Shown here piece after piece: positions 7,951 through 17,989 of a stretch of 64,000 bases of DNA. The position numbers and the translations under genes are program-made. The number at the start of each line of letters is the position of its first letter. Within the stretch, counting starts at the first letter, position 1. The notes below the pieces were generated by a model, which was given only the letters and a program-made list of their open reading frames with translations, made no database searches and was not told where the DNA came from. This DNA comes from Polyangiales bacterium (lineage in GTDB: Bacteria > Myxococcota_A > Polyangia > Polyangiales > Houyiibacteriaceae): contig OZ245758.1 of assembly GCA_965227405.1 (NCBI GenBank), positions 3,124,338-3,188,337 of the forward strand. The letters are read 5' to 3'.

Positions 7951-10900
7951 AGAGAGCCTCCTGTCGGATGGTGCGGATCACTGGATAGGTCGCGGGGTCG
8001 GCGGTCGCCGCGGTCAACGTGACGCTCACTTCCATGAACAATCCGTGCGGCATGCCACCGGCTGTCAGGAGTGAACCGACGTCGACACCGCAGTAACTCG
8101 GTGCCACACCGTCACGTGGTGGGCAGATCACGGAGCCGCGAGAAACCTGTTCGGTGATCGTGACGGCTTCAAAGTCCAGGCGGCTCAGGGCGTCGAGCGT
8201 TTCGGCGCTACGCACACCCACTTCAAGTGAGCTGCCATCTGGAATCGAGGACTCCCACATGAACCAAGTCCAGGTTGGCCGTTCGGGCGGAACCATGCAG
8301 AGTTCTTCCGCAGCGTAAACAGCGGTGAACGTGCCGCTTGGCGGTTCGGGTTCAACACACACGCCGCCGTCTAGGTACATGTGAGGCGGGCAGATGCACG
8401 CGCCCAGCTCGCAGACAGCCCCTCCATCGCAAGTGACCCCGTCGCATGGATCGCTCGCAGCGGGACACGGAAAGTTGGCCTGCACCATGGCGCTTCCGTC
8501 GGCGAGGAAGTTGTCGCACCAGCTCCCTCGAAGTTCGATTCGGTTTTCACCAATGGCGACCCATCCATCGTCCGGGCTGCATGGAACCATCATTGAGTTG
8601 AGACTCAGGCTGCCCCCACCGCATGCGCCACGGCTTAGGTCGATCAGTCCGGAGAGGTCGAGCGCGCAACTGAGTTGCGAGGTGATGAGATCGGTCAACT
8701 CAGTCCGCAGCTCTGCGGCGGAGGTGACGGTGAAGTACGTTGCACCGCTATCCACACCTGCGCCCGCGTTGGCGACGGCTTGGAGGTGGTCGACAGCAAT
8801 GTCCTCGTCGATCGACACGACAAACGTCGGGAAGCCCGCATCGAACGCTTCCGATACGCGGTCGACCACCGCGTCTCGGCCGTAGTTGTCGGTTCCGCGA
8901 CACCCGTTGGGCTCTCCATCGGTCGCGAGGATGAGTGCAGTTGAGCCGGTCGGAAGCAGACCGCTTACACGCTGATCGACGAGCCAGTCGGTGGCTTGTT
9001 CGATCGCATCTGCGGTGGGCGTGCCTCCTCCGGGGCTCTGCGAGGAGATGAACGTGTTGAGTGTGTCACGAGCGTCGAGCTGGAGCGTACTGGTGCCCTC
9101 CAGCACGTCGCTGCATGAGCTTCCGCGGTACGTGCGCATGGCAAAGCGGACCTGGTCTTGCAGATTGGTGATCACGCCATCGCTGGCGTCAAACAACGCT
9201 TCCTTCATGCCCTCCCAGCGCGAACCGCCACCGGACCATCCCCAGTTCATGCTTCCCGATTGGTCCATGATGATCAGGAAGTTGGGGGGAACCGGTTCGG
9301 CCTCGAAATCAAGCGATGCGCATGTGCGCCCCGTGGTGGAACAACAGCCGAGTAAACAGATTTCTCCACTCGAGCAATCTGCGTCGCCACCACACGACGC
9401 TCCAGTCGAGCACTCGGGTCCACCGCAGTCTGCAGGCAGATCGTCGACTGTCTTGCCCAAGCAGAGCTCGCAGCGACCGCATTCGTTGATGCACTCGCTG
9501 CTCTGCGTGCACGTGGTGCAGAACCGCGGGTCATCGATCACGTCCAGCGAGCAGCTGTCCGCGATCATCACATGCGTCGTGGTGCCGTCGTCGAGTTCGA
9601 CCGCACAGCAACCGAAGCAGTCGCAACCGTTCGGAGCCAACGGCGCGCAGAACGCGAGACATCGGTCTGCAACTTGGCATGAAGAGTCCGAAGCGGGACG
9701 CTCACCCGTAATGCACTCGGTGTGGTAGCGGCAGCCGTCGTCGCCAGCACCGGAGTTGCCGTCGAAGAAGCAGTCTTGCCAGAATGGGTCGCGATTGTCG
9801 CCCGGGATGCCCGTTCCAAAGGAGCCTTCGTCGTTGTCATTCGGCCCGGTGCACTCCGGATCTGCACCGTCGATGAGTCCGTCTCCTTCGTCGTCGCGAC
9901 CGTTGCTGCATGCACATCCGTCCGCGGGACAGTGGTCTGGGACCACGTCGGAAAGACCGTCCCCGGAGCCACCGCTGCCGTCGATGCTGAACGCTCCGCT
10001 GAGCGAACAACCACTCGCGGGAATGACGATTCGTACCGGAACCGCCGAGACGACTGCGCTTGAGCCCCCGGTGTCTTTTCGCGAGAGGTGCAGCTCGAAA
10101 TCGAAGACCCGTGGTGTGTCCGTCGCGGGAATGGTCGCATTGAGGAACGACACATCAAACAGCACCTCGGTATCGCGAGCACAGTTGGTGACGCTGGTTG
10201 CGGACTGCCCGGCGCAGTGTCCGTCAACAGAGACCACGTCGATGCCAGCAACCTCGCTCGGTGTAAACGGAAGCCCTGAGCCGACGAACTCAGCGCTTAG
10301 TTCTCGGTAGGTCGAACGCCCACTGGGAAACACGTAGCGAAGTTGGGTGCTGCTGGGAAGAGCAGGTGGTGTGTACGCCGTCAGTGACTCGGCCCCACTT
10401 GCGCAACCGACGAACTCGGTGGCACCGGCAGCATCAGGACAGTCGTCCGCTACATCGACGATTCCGTCCGCGTCGCGATCCGCCATGGTTTCGCAGGCAT
10501 CCCCTGTGGGAGGCGGACCTGCGGGTGTACCTGTGAAGCCACCCATTCCGTCCACTCCGTAGGCGCCGTGTGCGTCACACCCGATCGGTGGAACCACCAC
10601 GACGACATCGTACGTGCTTCGACTGGTACGCGTTCGTGGCGGGCGCGTCGTGCTGATGTCTTGGACGATTGAAACTTCGAAGCGGTACACCTGCGGTGTT
10701 GCCGACGCTGCGATCGTTCCGTCAAACCGGAGTCGGAATGCAACTCGGGCATCCATATCGCAGGAGGAGAACGTTTCGGCTCCTGTGGTTCGACAGAAAC
10801 CAGACGTAGGTCCCTCGGCGACCCACTCGGTGACAAAGCCAGGATCGCCATCGACTTCGAACGAGACTTCCGTGGTCGCTTCGGGCAGCTGGAGCGCAAC

Positions 10901-11980
10901 AAGAGCTTCGGCGTTCGCGCCTTCGGGTAGGATCGCACTGACCCGCTCGGCACCACTGAGACAGCCACCGAACTGTGGCGAACCGACCTCAAGCGGACAC
11001 ATGTCCATGGCGTCGGGCATGCTGTCGCCGTCGCCGTCGACCAAGTCACCGCAGGGGCCGTCGGTTCCAGGCGGAAAAATCACACCGCGACCGTCCATTC
11101 CAACAGCTCCTGCCGTGTCGCAGTCTGCGGCGGGAACGATCACGCGAACTAAGCCCTGTGCATTGGTGCTGCCGCCGTCGTTCAATCCGACTTGATGATC
11201 AAAAAGTTGTGCGTCCGCGGTTTGAGCGATCACGCCTTGGTTGCGGAGGGTGATCACAAAACGCACTCGGGTCCCTGGGTCGCAGTCGCGGAAATCGGTG
11301 GACGTTTGTGACCGACAACTTCCGCTCATCACCGAAAATGTACGAACCCGGACCAGTAGGTCGGGGTGTGGTCCCATCAGTTCAAGTTCAACGTCGGAAC
11401 CTCGTGCGCCGACAACGAGATCGGCGGCGACGCTGTACTCGCGAGGCCGGTCTGGAAGAATTGCGACCACGGCTGCATCGCCACTGGTGCACCCTAAGTA
11501 CTGAGCGCGGCCTGCCTCGTCGGGGCACTCGTCGCCAATGTCGGGCACCCGGTCCGCGTCTTCGTCGGGCGAGCAGCTTCGTGGAACGTCGGGAGGCTCC
11601 AAGGTGATGCCGCCACCCGGTGCAGTCGTGGTTCCTTCCCCGTCGCTTCCCTCAGGCTCACCGGTGACCTGTCGACAACCTGGGTTGCAGTCGTAGCAAG
11701 CCTGTTCACTTTCGATCAGCTCTTGGCTCACGCCCATCACGTCCTCGAGGACGTACGTCGTGGCATCGAGACACTCCGTCCACGCTCCCCCTTGACAGAA
11801 GCGCATGCCGGAACGGCAGGTGAGTCCGTGTTCGCTTTGCTCCACCTTCTCGTGGCACTCGATCGCCGTGCCTTCGACACAGCGGCAACCTTCTGCAGGT
11901 GTGGGACATTCGGGCGCGTCGACGAACGAGGTGTCCCAGCACGCCGTCGTAAACACCAGGGCTAGGAAGAACGAGCGCAT
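7934..11980 (-). CDS. Giant (1348 aa) secreted protein with TSP3/MopE-like Asp-Cys calcium-binding repeats and a C-terminal von Willebrand factor A domain
   Basis: N-terminal hydrophobic MRSFFLALVFTTAC. Repeats DADRVPDIGDECPD, DGDGDSMPDAMDMCP, DRDADGIVDVADDCPD. vWA with MIDAS LIIMDQSGSM...ATDGEPN. Confidence 0.8.
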   Translation of the reverse strand: MRSFFLALVFTTACWDTSFVDAPECPTPAEGCRCVEGTAIECHEKVEQSEHGLTCRSGMRFCQGGAWTECLDATTYVLEDVMGVSQELIESEQACYDCNPGCRQVTGEPEGSDGEGTTTAPGGGITLEPPDVPRSCSPDEDADRVPDIGDECPDEAGRAQYLGCTSGDAAVVAILPDRPREYSVAADLVVGARGSDVELELMGPHPDLLVRVRTFSVMSGSCRSQTSTDFRDCDPGTRVRFVITLRNQGVIAQTADAQLFDHQVGLNDGGSTNAQGLVRVIVPAADCDTAGAVGMDGRGVIFPPGTDGPCGDLVDGDGDSMPDAMDMCPLEVGSPQFGGCLSGAERVSAILPEGANAEALVALQLPEATTEVSFEVDGDPGFVTEWVAEGPTSGFCRTTGAETFSSCDMDARVAFRLRFDGTIAASATPQVYRFEVSIVQDISTTRPPRTRTSRSTYDVVVVVPPIGCDAHGAYGVDGMGGFTGTPAGPPPTGDACETMADRDADGIVDVADDCPDAAGATEFVGCASGAESLTAYTPPALPSSTQLRYVFPSGRSTYRELSAEFVGSGLPFTPSEVAGIDVVSVDGHCAGQSATSVTNCARDTEVLFDVSFLNATIPATDTPRVFDFELHLSRKDTGGSSAVVSAVPVRIVIPASGCSLSGAFSIDGSGGSGDGLSDVVPDHCPADGCACSNGRDDEGDGLIDGADPECTGPNDNDEGSFGTGIPGDNRDPFWQDCFFDGNSGAGDDGCRYHTECITGERPASDSSCQVADRCLAFCAPLAPNGCDCFGCCAVELDDGTTTHVMIADSCSLDVIDDPRFCTTCTQSSECINECGRCELCLGKTVDDLPADCGGPECSTGASCGGDADCSSGEICLLGCCSTTGRTCASLDFEAEPVPPNFLIIMDQSGSMNWGWSGGGSRWEGMKEALFDASDGVITNLQDQVRFAMRTYRGSSCSDVLEGTSTLQLDARDTLNTFISSQSPGGGTPTADAIEQATDWLVDQRVSGLLPTGSTALILATDGEPNGCRGTDNYGRDAVVDRVSEAFDAGFPTFVVSIDEDIAVDHLQAVANAGAGVDSGATYFTVTSAAELRTELTDLITSQLSCALDLSGLIDLSRGACGGGSLSLNSMMVPCSPDDGWVAIGENRIELRGSWCDNFLADGSAMVQANFPCPAASDPCDGVTCDGGAVCELGACICPPHMYLDGGVCVEPEPPSGTFTAVYAAEELCMVPPERPTWTWFMWESSIPDGSSLEVGVRSAETLDALSRLDFEAVTITEQVSRGSVICPPRDGVAPSYCGVDVGSLLTAGGMPHGLFMEVSVTLTAATADPATYPVIRTIRQEALCVPEE

Positions 11981-12027
11981 CGCCGATCGGTTCGGCCGAG
12001 TCGGCTGCGATCTTAAAGTTCAGGTGT

Positions 12028-12552
12028 TCATAAAGACGACACAACACTGTCGATCCATCGCCCAACCTGTCGACGAAACGGCCACATCCACCCGTAGGCA
12101 GGACCAACAAACTGCTCAATCACGTGCTCGCGCAGTGCGGGAGCCTCGGCAGCCTGCTTGCCGTACACCTCGGCCGTGGCGCGAAATGTCTCCGCATACG
12201 CTTCCCACTCGATGCGGGCGCGTCCCCAGGCCAGTCCCATCGGAAGGATGGGAAGCAGGTAGAGCAACGTCATTCCAACTAAGGTGTACCGACGAAACTG
12301 ACGAAGGTGCACAGCCTCGTGTCGCAACGTGACGTACTTGGCGCGTGGGTCGCGTTGGTCCCAGTTGCTCGGCAAATAGATCGAACGACCAATCGTCGTG
12401 ACGTACCGAGTCATGTATGCGCTTTGTCCACCCAAGGTGAGCACTTTGAGTGCACCCGAGATCGCGCGTGAAAACGCGTCGTCGGATTTGTAGAGCACGC
12501 GGATCCCCGGAATCTCTTGGCGAAGCTCCTCGATGTACGCGTCGGGATCCAC
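12028..12552 (-). CDS. Hypothetical protein with a C-terminal hydrophobic segment
   Basis: ORF MDPDAYIEELRQ... with coding-like periodicity. No motif recognised. Confidence 0.45.
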   Translation of the reverse strand: MDPDAYIEELRQEIPGIRVLYKSDDAFSRAISGALKVLTLGGQSAYMTRYVTTIGRSIYLPSNWDQRDPRAKYVTLRHEAVHLRQFRRYTLVGMTLLYLLPILPMGLAWGRARIEWEAYAETFRATAEVYGKQAAEAPALREHVIEQFVGPAYGWMWPFRRQVGRWIDSVVSSL

Positions 12553-12581
12553 GACCGCAGCGTAGCGCGTATGCTCTCCCG

Positions 12582-13127
12582 ATGAGTACGAGTCTGAAGC
12601 TAGTCGAAGACACGATTGAGTCCGCTCGAGAAGGAATCGTCGTCGTGTGCGGACCCAAGTCGGACCCGACTCCCATCACCGATGCACAGCGCGCGGCGAT
12701 CGCGGAGACGAAAGTGAAGCTTCCAGCGAGTATGGAGCGTTGGTTGGAGTTTGATGCCCCCTCACTCGATCTCTTCGATACCGGTGGTGACTTCGTCGCG
12801 CTCACTACACTCACCAAGTTCTTGCTCGCCGAGTTCGAACAAGTGGCCGACCAGCTGCCGCCGGACATGGTCGACGAGATGCGCGCCGGAGTCGTGTACA
12901 TGTTGGGCGAGTACGCCGAACACGGAGACACCCCGGCCGTCGTCCTGCCGGGTTCGGCATCGCAAGCACATGTTCTTCTCTTGGACGGTTCCGACGAACC
13001 GCCCGTGCTTGGCTACGAGAAGGAGGAGTTCTGGGAGAAGTACCCCTCCTTCGGAGCGTGCGTTGCGCACATCATCGGGAACCGCGACTACGAAGAGATC
13101 GGGCCCGACTGGGCAAAGAACTCTTAG
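12582..13127 (+). CDS. Hypothetical cytoplasmic protein
   Basis: Internal ATG 12582 (MSTSLKLVEDTIES...). Divergent from 12028..12552. Confidence 0.45.
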   Translation: MSTSLKLVEDTIESAREGIVVVCGPKSDPTPITDAQRAAIAETKVKLPASMERWLEFDAPSLDLFDTGGDFVALTTLTKFLLAEFEQVADQLPPDMVDEMRAGVVYMLGEYAEHGDTPAVVLPGSASQAHVLLLDGSDEPPVLGYEKEEFWEKYPSFGACVAHIIGNRDYEEIGPDWAKNS

Positions 13128-15265
13128 GGCAGCGAACCGACCAAGTTGAGATCGAGGACGATCGAGTCTTCACGCACATCGAGTCGATCCGCCAACTCGA
13201 TGTTTAGCGCGAATCCACTCAGCCCAGGTGCGAGGGACGACAGGTCGCCCACATCCAAACTCGGCAACGAGATCGCCAAGCCGCCAACAACAGAGTCGCG
13301 AAGCTCGGGCCACAACTGCGTGAGCAACAAGGTGCGCAACGTTTCCTCATCGATCGGCGGACTCGCGTCGGTCGACGAGATGATCCACGTCCGGATGAAC
13401 GGTTCTTCGGCCACGTCCAAGGTGATCGCACCGTCGGCGACGTTCAGTGTCGTTCCGGCTTCGATAGTGATGCCGAAAACCGTGGTCGCACCCAGCGCTT
13501 CGAGCGTGAGTTCCGCTTGACCGATCACGAGGACCAAGTCGTCGGTTTCCGCGCCGCGTGCCGGTCGTGCTACCGGAGGCAGTCGACCCACCAGTTGTGC
13601 GTTCATGACCAAGCCTTCCACGCTCTCCGGAAGAAGCGTGGACGCATCGACATTCAACAAACCGGAGTTCCACAACGCATGGGTCAGCCCATTGAGCAAT
13701 GACACCTTCACACCGAGCTGCACAGGGGTTGTTTCGAAGAGCGGGTTGGCCATCGGGATCAAATCGGCCGCGCCTCGCGAGTCGGGGAACTGCACCATCG
13801 AATCCGTGGACACCGTCATCTGCAGCGGAGCGCGCATGTGCCGGCGGTACTCGCTGTCCAAACCGGCCAGACGTCCGTCGATGTTGAGCGTGACCGGCGC
13901 AAAGATGTCGGTCTCGATCGGGAAGCTCTGATCGCGAAGCGCGCTATCCAACGCACCCAATGCATCGGTAAGCACCGCCGGAATGGCGTCGAGCACGGAG
14001 TCACCAAAAGCGCTTTCCAGTTCGGCTTCGATGGTCGAACGCAACAGACCCTCGGCGAGACGCAAGATCGCGTTGGCCTCGGGCGCGGTGAAGCGACCTT
14101 CGATGTCTTCAATCGCGACACTCAGCTCGCTGACCGACGACTCGATCGGGGAATCCGGTCCGTCCTTGCTGACGTCAACGTGAGCGAACGCCGACACCGC
14201 CGCGGTCATTCCGCCACCGAGGTCGAGCATGGTTCCCTCAAAGTCCAGGTTTCCGGCTGTGTCGAGTTCGAGTGCGCCGATTCGCACAAAGAGTTCGACG
14301 CCTCCATCCACCACCTCAGTGATCACGTCCACGTCCTCGATCCGAGCTTCGGTGATGCGAAGGGTGAGCGTGGGTGGACTGTCGACCACGGGGTCGGGCA
14401 GGAACCCGCGGAAGTCGACGTTGCGAATCACTAGTTCAAACACATCGGCCAAGTCGGTGGTTCGAATGGGCATCGCTGCGGTGTCGAGCGGCGTACCGTC
14501 GTCGAAGAAGTCCTGTCCCAACTGAAGGATCAGCGCATCGTCGAGCATGACCTGCGGCGTATCGCCGTTGGCAGCGGGCGAGTAGACGTCGGCCCAGAGC
14601 ACGTCCATTTCAACGCGCGAATCTTCGGTCACACCGTCGGATGCGACCACTTCGATGTGGTTGATTCCAAAGAGTGCGGGAACGTTCGCGGTAAACGCAC
14701 CCATGTCGTCGAGCTCCGCCTGTACGCCGTTCACGAATACGCGCACGTCACGAGTGTCTGCAACCGAACCGATGACTTCGATCGCGCTGCTTCCGTCGGC
14801 GCCCAGTTCCGCGCCAGGCGTCGGGCTGATCACTTCAAGGTTGGGTGCACCCGAGTCCACCAAGATACGCGCGAAGTCGCACAGCGGGCTTCCATCGGGA
14901 CCCAGTTCGACCGTGCAGCCTGTGAACTCGACGTACCCCTCTTCGATCAATTCAAACACTCCGTCGCCCATGTCGGTTGCGGCGCTTGCCGGGTCGGCAC
15001 TCCACGTGACTTGGGCGTCGGTGATGACGAGGTCGTCGACGTCGCGGACTTCGGCGAGCATGCGAATCGACTGTTCGGTTCGATACACCGAACGCGGGGG
15101 TGACACGCTGACTTCGATGCTGGCCGGCTCTGCACCTGGAGGTGCGGGTGTGTCGGTGGCCGAATCGAGCATGCCCGCATCCGGCGTGCCTCCGTCGTCA
15201 TCGTCCCCACAGCCAAAGGCCAGTAGGGAGGCAAGAGAAAGCAAGAGTGCGCGCTGCATGATCAA
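13124..15265 (-). CDS. Large secreted lipoprotein, paralog 1 of a tandem pair
   Basis: MIMQRALLLSLASLLAFGCGDDDDG lipobox. C-terminal domain (ALWNSGLL...GRLPPVA) paralogous to 15262..17949. ATGA overlap with the upstream gene. Confidence 0.65.
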   Translation of the reverse strand: MIMQRALLLSLASLLAFGCGDDDDGGTPDAGMLDSATDTPAPPGAEPASIEVSVSPPRSVYRTEQSIRMLAEVRDVDDLVITDAQVTWSADPASAATDMGDGVFELIEEGYVEFTGCTVELGPDGSPLCDFARILVDSGAPNLEVISPTPGAELGADGSSAIEVIGSVADTRDVRVFVNGVQAELDDMGAFTANVPALFGINHIEVVASDGVTEDSRVEMDVLWADVYSPAANGDTPQVMLDDALILQLGQDFFDDGTPLDTAAMPIRTTDLADVFELVIRNVDFRGFLPDPVVDSPPTLTLRITEARIEDVDVITEVVDGGVELFVRIGALELDTAGNLDFEGTMLDLGGGMTAAVSAFAHVDVSKDGPDSPIESSVSELSVAIEDIEGRFTAPEANAILRLAEGLLRSTIEAELESAFGDSVLDAIPAVLTDALGALDSALRDQSFPIETDIFAPVTLNIDGRLAGLDSEYRRHMRAPLQMTVSTDSMVQFPDSRGAADLIPMANPLFETTPVQLGVKVSLLNGLTHALWNSGLLNVDASTLLPESVEGLVMNAQLVGRLPPVARPARGAETDDLVLVIGQAELTLEALGATTVFGITIEAGTTLNVADGAITLDVAEEPFIRTWIISSTDASPPIDEETLRTLLLTQLWPELRDSVVGGLAISLPSLDVGDLSSLAPGLSGFALNIELADRLDVREDSIVLDLNLVGSLP

Positions 15266-17949
15266 AGCCTCCCGAAGCTGCCGCGCAGCACGAAGTGTTG
15301 CTCTTCGCGGGCGAGCGCCGGTGTTCGAATGCCGAGTTCGGCGCCGGCGGGCAAGCCGTACGCGCTCAACGAACTCGGGAGCTCGAACGAGGGAATCGGG
15401 AGTGCAGGCAACGAATCGTTGAGCACGTTGTCGACGATCGACTGCACGAGCGTTCGCAGGAAGCCTTCCAGCACATCACGCGTGGAGGGATCGAGCGAGA
15501 CGTCGCCCGTGCTGAAGAAGAGCTCGTCGATCGAAATCGCGGAGAAGCTCAAATCGTTGCCCGAGAGAGAAACATCGGTGCTGGCAACAGCGCCTAGCGT
15601 CACGCGAATCGGCTCTTCGAAGAGACCCGGATACACCAAGTCGAGATCCAGTGCGCCGATGCCGACTTCGACACCTTCACCGGTCAGCTGTGCGACTGGC
15701 GGAAGTCGACCGTTGAGGTTCGCGCTCACGCCTGCGGGCAATCCACCACCAAGGTCGCTGCCCGTGACCTCGGCATCGAGCAAGCCTCCTCTCCACAACG
15801 CGTGCATGACCTGGTTGAACACACCGGTTTGGATCGATACCGCCATGTTCTGTCCAGATAGCCCTGGGTCATCGAGGAAGGCGGGGTTGGGCGAGGTGCC
15901 CGGCGGCATCGCAACGCCCAGCGTCGGAAACGCGACGTTGACCGGGCCGCTGAAGCGCGAACCGATGCCGATGAGCATGCGCGCCGTAGACGTATCGACA
16001 CTGGAGAAGCCGACTCCGAAGTTGATCGGCAGCGTTCCTCCGTCGAGTCGCGGCACGTTGAAGGTCGAGCCAAGCGTGGAGATATCCAAACCGCTCAGCA
16101 GTCCATCGAGAACGTCGTTGAAGCTGTCTTCGATGTAGTCGCGCAGCAGGTTCGAGACGAGGTTGCGAACCGTGCCGTTGAGAAGACTGACGACAATGTT
16201 GATGACTGCGCCACTAAGGCCGCTAAACGAGGTGCTGATGCTTCCCACGCTGACCGACACGCTGCCGGGTCGAACCGAAATTCGGGGTCGTCCTGCGGCC
16301 AGGCGTACGTCGAAGATCATGTCGACGTCGACCGAGGAGAACGTTGCCCAGCCCGTGGTGTCGAAGTTAATGCCCAGGGCACGACCATCGATGCGCAACT
16401 GAATCCGCGTGTTTCGGAGGTCCACTCCAGCGCTCAGCCCATCGTTGACGAGTGCCAACGACGTGGAGTTTGGACCGTTGAGCTGCGAGTTCACGTAGCG
16501 AACCTGAGTTCGCAGCGCGCAGCCGAAGATCGTTCCTTGGTCACAGCTGCTCGGCTTGAGCGGGTTGTTCGCGAGGAGCTCTGCGTGGAGCGTGTCGCGC
16601 AGACCCGAGCTATTGACCACGGTGTGAAGCAGGTCGTTGAGCGAGTCGAGTCCGTCTGCGCGGTTGCCGTCGTCGATAGCACCCATGCCGAGCTTCAACG
16701 AGATCGTGTCGTCGGTAGGTGAGGAGTCAGGGGACCAACGGTTTGACACGAGGAACGTGCAGGTCGTGCTGTTCTCGGCCCCGAACGTATCCGTCGCGAC
16801 AACGTCGATGAAGTTCATGCCGAAGCGCACCGTTTGCGCAGCGCTGAACGTTCCACCGTCGAGGCTGGCCGGAGATCCGTTGACCATCACACTGGCAATG
16901 CCGCTGGTGTCGTCGACCGTGCCGCTCACCGTGATGGTGGAGCCAGGAACGGCGTCGACCATGCTGCCATCTCGTGGACCGGTGCACTGGATGGTCGGGC
17001 CGTTGCCGTTGACCACGATCGTGGTTTGAGCGACCAAGGGATCGCCGCTTTCTGTGGGCGGATCCACCGTTGCCGTGACGGTGTAGGTGCCGTCTTCATC
17101 GTAGCGAAAGCGGTTTCGGCCAAGCGTTGCGCCGGCGGGTGCCGAGACGAAGCCAACGTCTGCATCCTCGACCGTGTTGCCGTAGCGATCGGTCACAACA
17201 GCTGCGATCTCGATGACCTGGCCGATGGCGTACACCGGTTGGTCAGGGACTTTGGCGATGACCAGGTTGGCCGGAACGGTCGGGGTGACTTCGACGCGCT
17301 CGGAGGTGCTCGTCGCCCCGGGGAGTTCGCAGCTGACTTGGTACTGACCGGCCACGGTGAACTCGGTGGAGAGATCCGTGGTGGTGTTTCCGTCTTCGGC
17401 GGGGTTCACCGACATGCCCGGCGCCGCATCCGCAACACGGTTGCCGTAGGCGTCGAATACTTCGCACGTCACGTTGACGGTTTCACCGGCCTCGACTTGG
17501 GAGCGATCCACCGTTGTGATTACTTCCGCGGGTGCAGCGGGAATGATCTCGACGATGGCGGGACTCTCGTCGGTGAGCATCAAGTCGGGGAATGCACAGC
17601 TCACTTCCACTTCGCCGACGCGGATGGCGGTGATCATTCCGTCCGCGCGTTCGATCGACGACTCAGGCGACACTCGAATTTGAGGCGTGCGACCTGCCGC
17701 GGAGTAGGGCTCACCGTTCTCATCCAAGATGAGACACGTGACGTTGATCAGTTCACCTGCGGTGACTTGATCGGGCGCCATGGTTTGCACCAAGACCGGG
17801 TTGGGAATGTCGACCGGAGGCAGACTTGTGTCGGGTCCACCGTCGGCGGGAATCGTCCCCGTGTCGTCCATTGGAGGCGGATTGTTGCCACCACACGCCA
17901 TCGCGACGCAGGCGAGAGTCCACACAAACTTACGAACCATGAAAAACAC
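15262..17949 (-). CDS. Large secreted lipoprotein with Ig-like (Big/DUF11-type) repeats, paralog 2
   Basis: MFFMVRKFVWTLACVAMACGG lipobox. Repeated ~90-aa segments (VNVTCEV..., YQVSCELPG...). C-terminal HALWRGGLL...GRLPPVAQ block shared with 13124..15265. Confidence 0.7.
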   Translation of the reverse strand: MFFMVRKFVWTLACVAMACGGNNPPPMDDTGTIPADGGPDTSLPPVDIPNPVLVQTMAPDQVTAGELINVTCLILDENGEPYSAAGRTPQIRVSPESSIERADGMITAIRVGEVEVSCAFPDLMLTDESPAIVEIIPAAPAEVITTVDRSQVEAGETVNVTCEVFDAYGNRVADAAPGMSVNPAEDGNTTTDLSTEFTVAGQYQVSCELPGATSTSERVEVTPTVPANLVIAKVPDQPVYAIGQVIEIAAVVTDRYGNTVEDADVGFVSAPAGATLGRNRFRYDEDGTYTVTATVDPPTESGDPLVAQTTIVVNGNGPTIQCTGPRDGSMVDAVPGSTITVSGTVDDTSGIASVMVNGSPASLDGGTFSAAQTVRFGMNFIDVVATDTFGAENSTTCTFLVSNRWSPDSSPTDDTISLKLGMGAIDDGNRADGLDSLNDLLHTVVNSSGLRDTLHAELLANNPLKPSSCDQGTIFGCALRTQVRYVNSQLNGPNSTSLALVNDGLSAGVDLRNTRIQLRIDGRALGINFDTTGWATFSSVDVDMIFDVRLAAGRPRISVRPGSVSVSVGSISTSFSGLSGAVINIVVSLLNGTVRNLVSNLLRDYIEDSFNDVLDGLLSGLDISTLGSTFNVPRLDGGTLPINFGVGFSSVDTSTARMLIGIGSRFSGPVNVAFPTLGVAMPPGTSPNPAFLDDPGLSGQNMAVSIQTGVFNQVMHALWRGGLLDAEVTGSDLGGGLPAGVSANLNGRLPPVAQLTGEGVEVGIGALDLDLVYPGLFEEPIRVTLGAVASTDVSLSGNDLSFSAISIDELFFSTGDVSLDPSTRDVLEGFLRTLVQSIVDNVLNDSLPALPIPSFELPSSLSAYGLPAGAELGIRTPALAREEQHFVLRGSFGRL

Positions 17950-17989
17950 CCCAAGCTACGGAAAACCCCGCGGGAGTAGGGTATCCCAA

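Noticed and set aside
8371-11607. Numerous 60-245-aa ORFs on both strands inside the 4-kb vWA/TSP3 gene (e.g. 8991..9728, 9568..10251, 10450..11049)
   Set aside because: They are nested in or antisense to a continuous 1348-codon frame with domain content. Their translations are Ser/Thr/Ala/Arg-rich GC artefacts.
16834-17979. Plus-strand 381-aa ORF antisense to the 15262-17949 lipoprotein gene
   Set aside because: Arg/Gly/Asp-rich antisense artefact. The minus-strand frame has a lipobox and repeated Ig-like segments.
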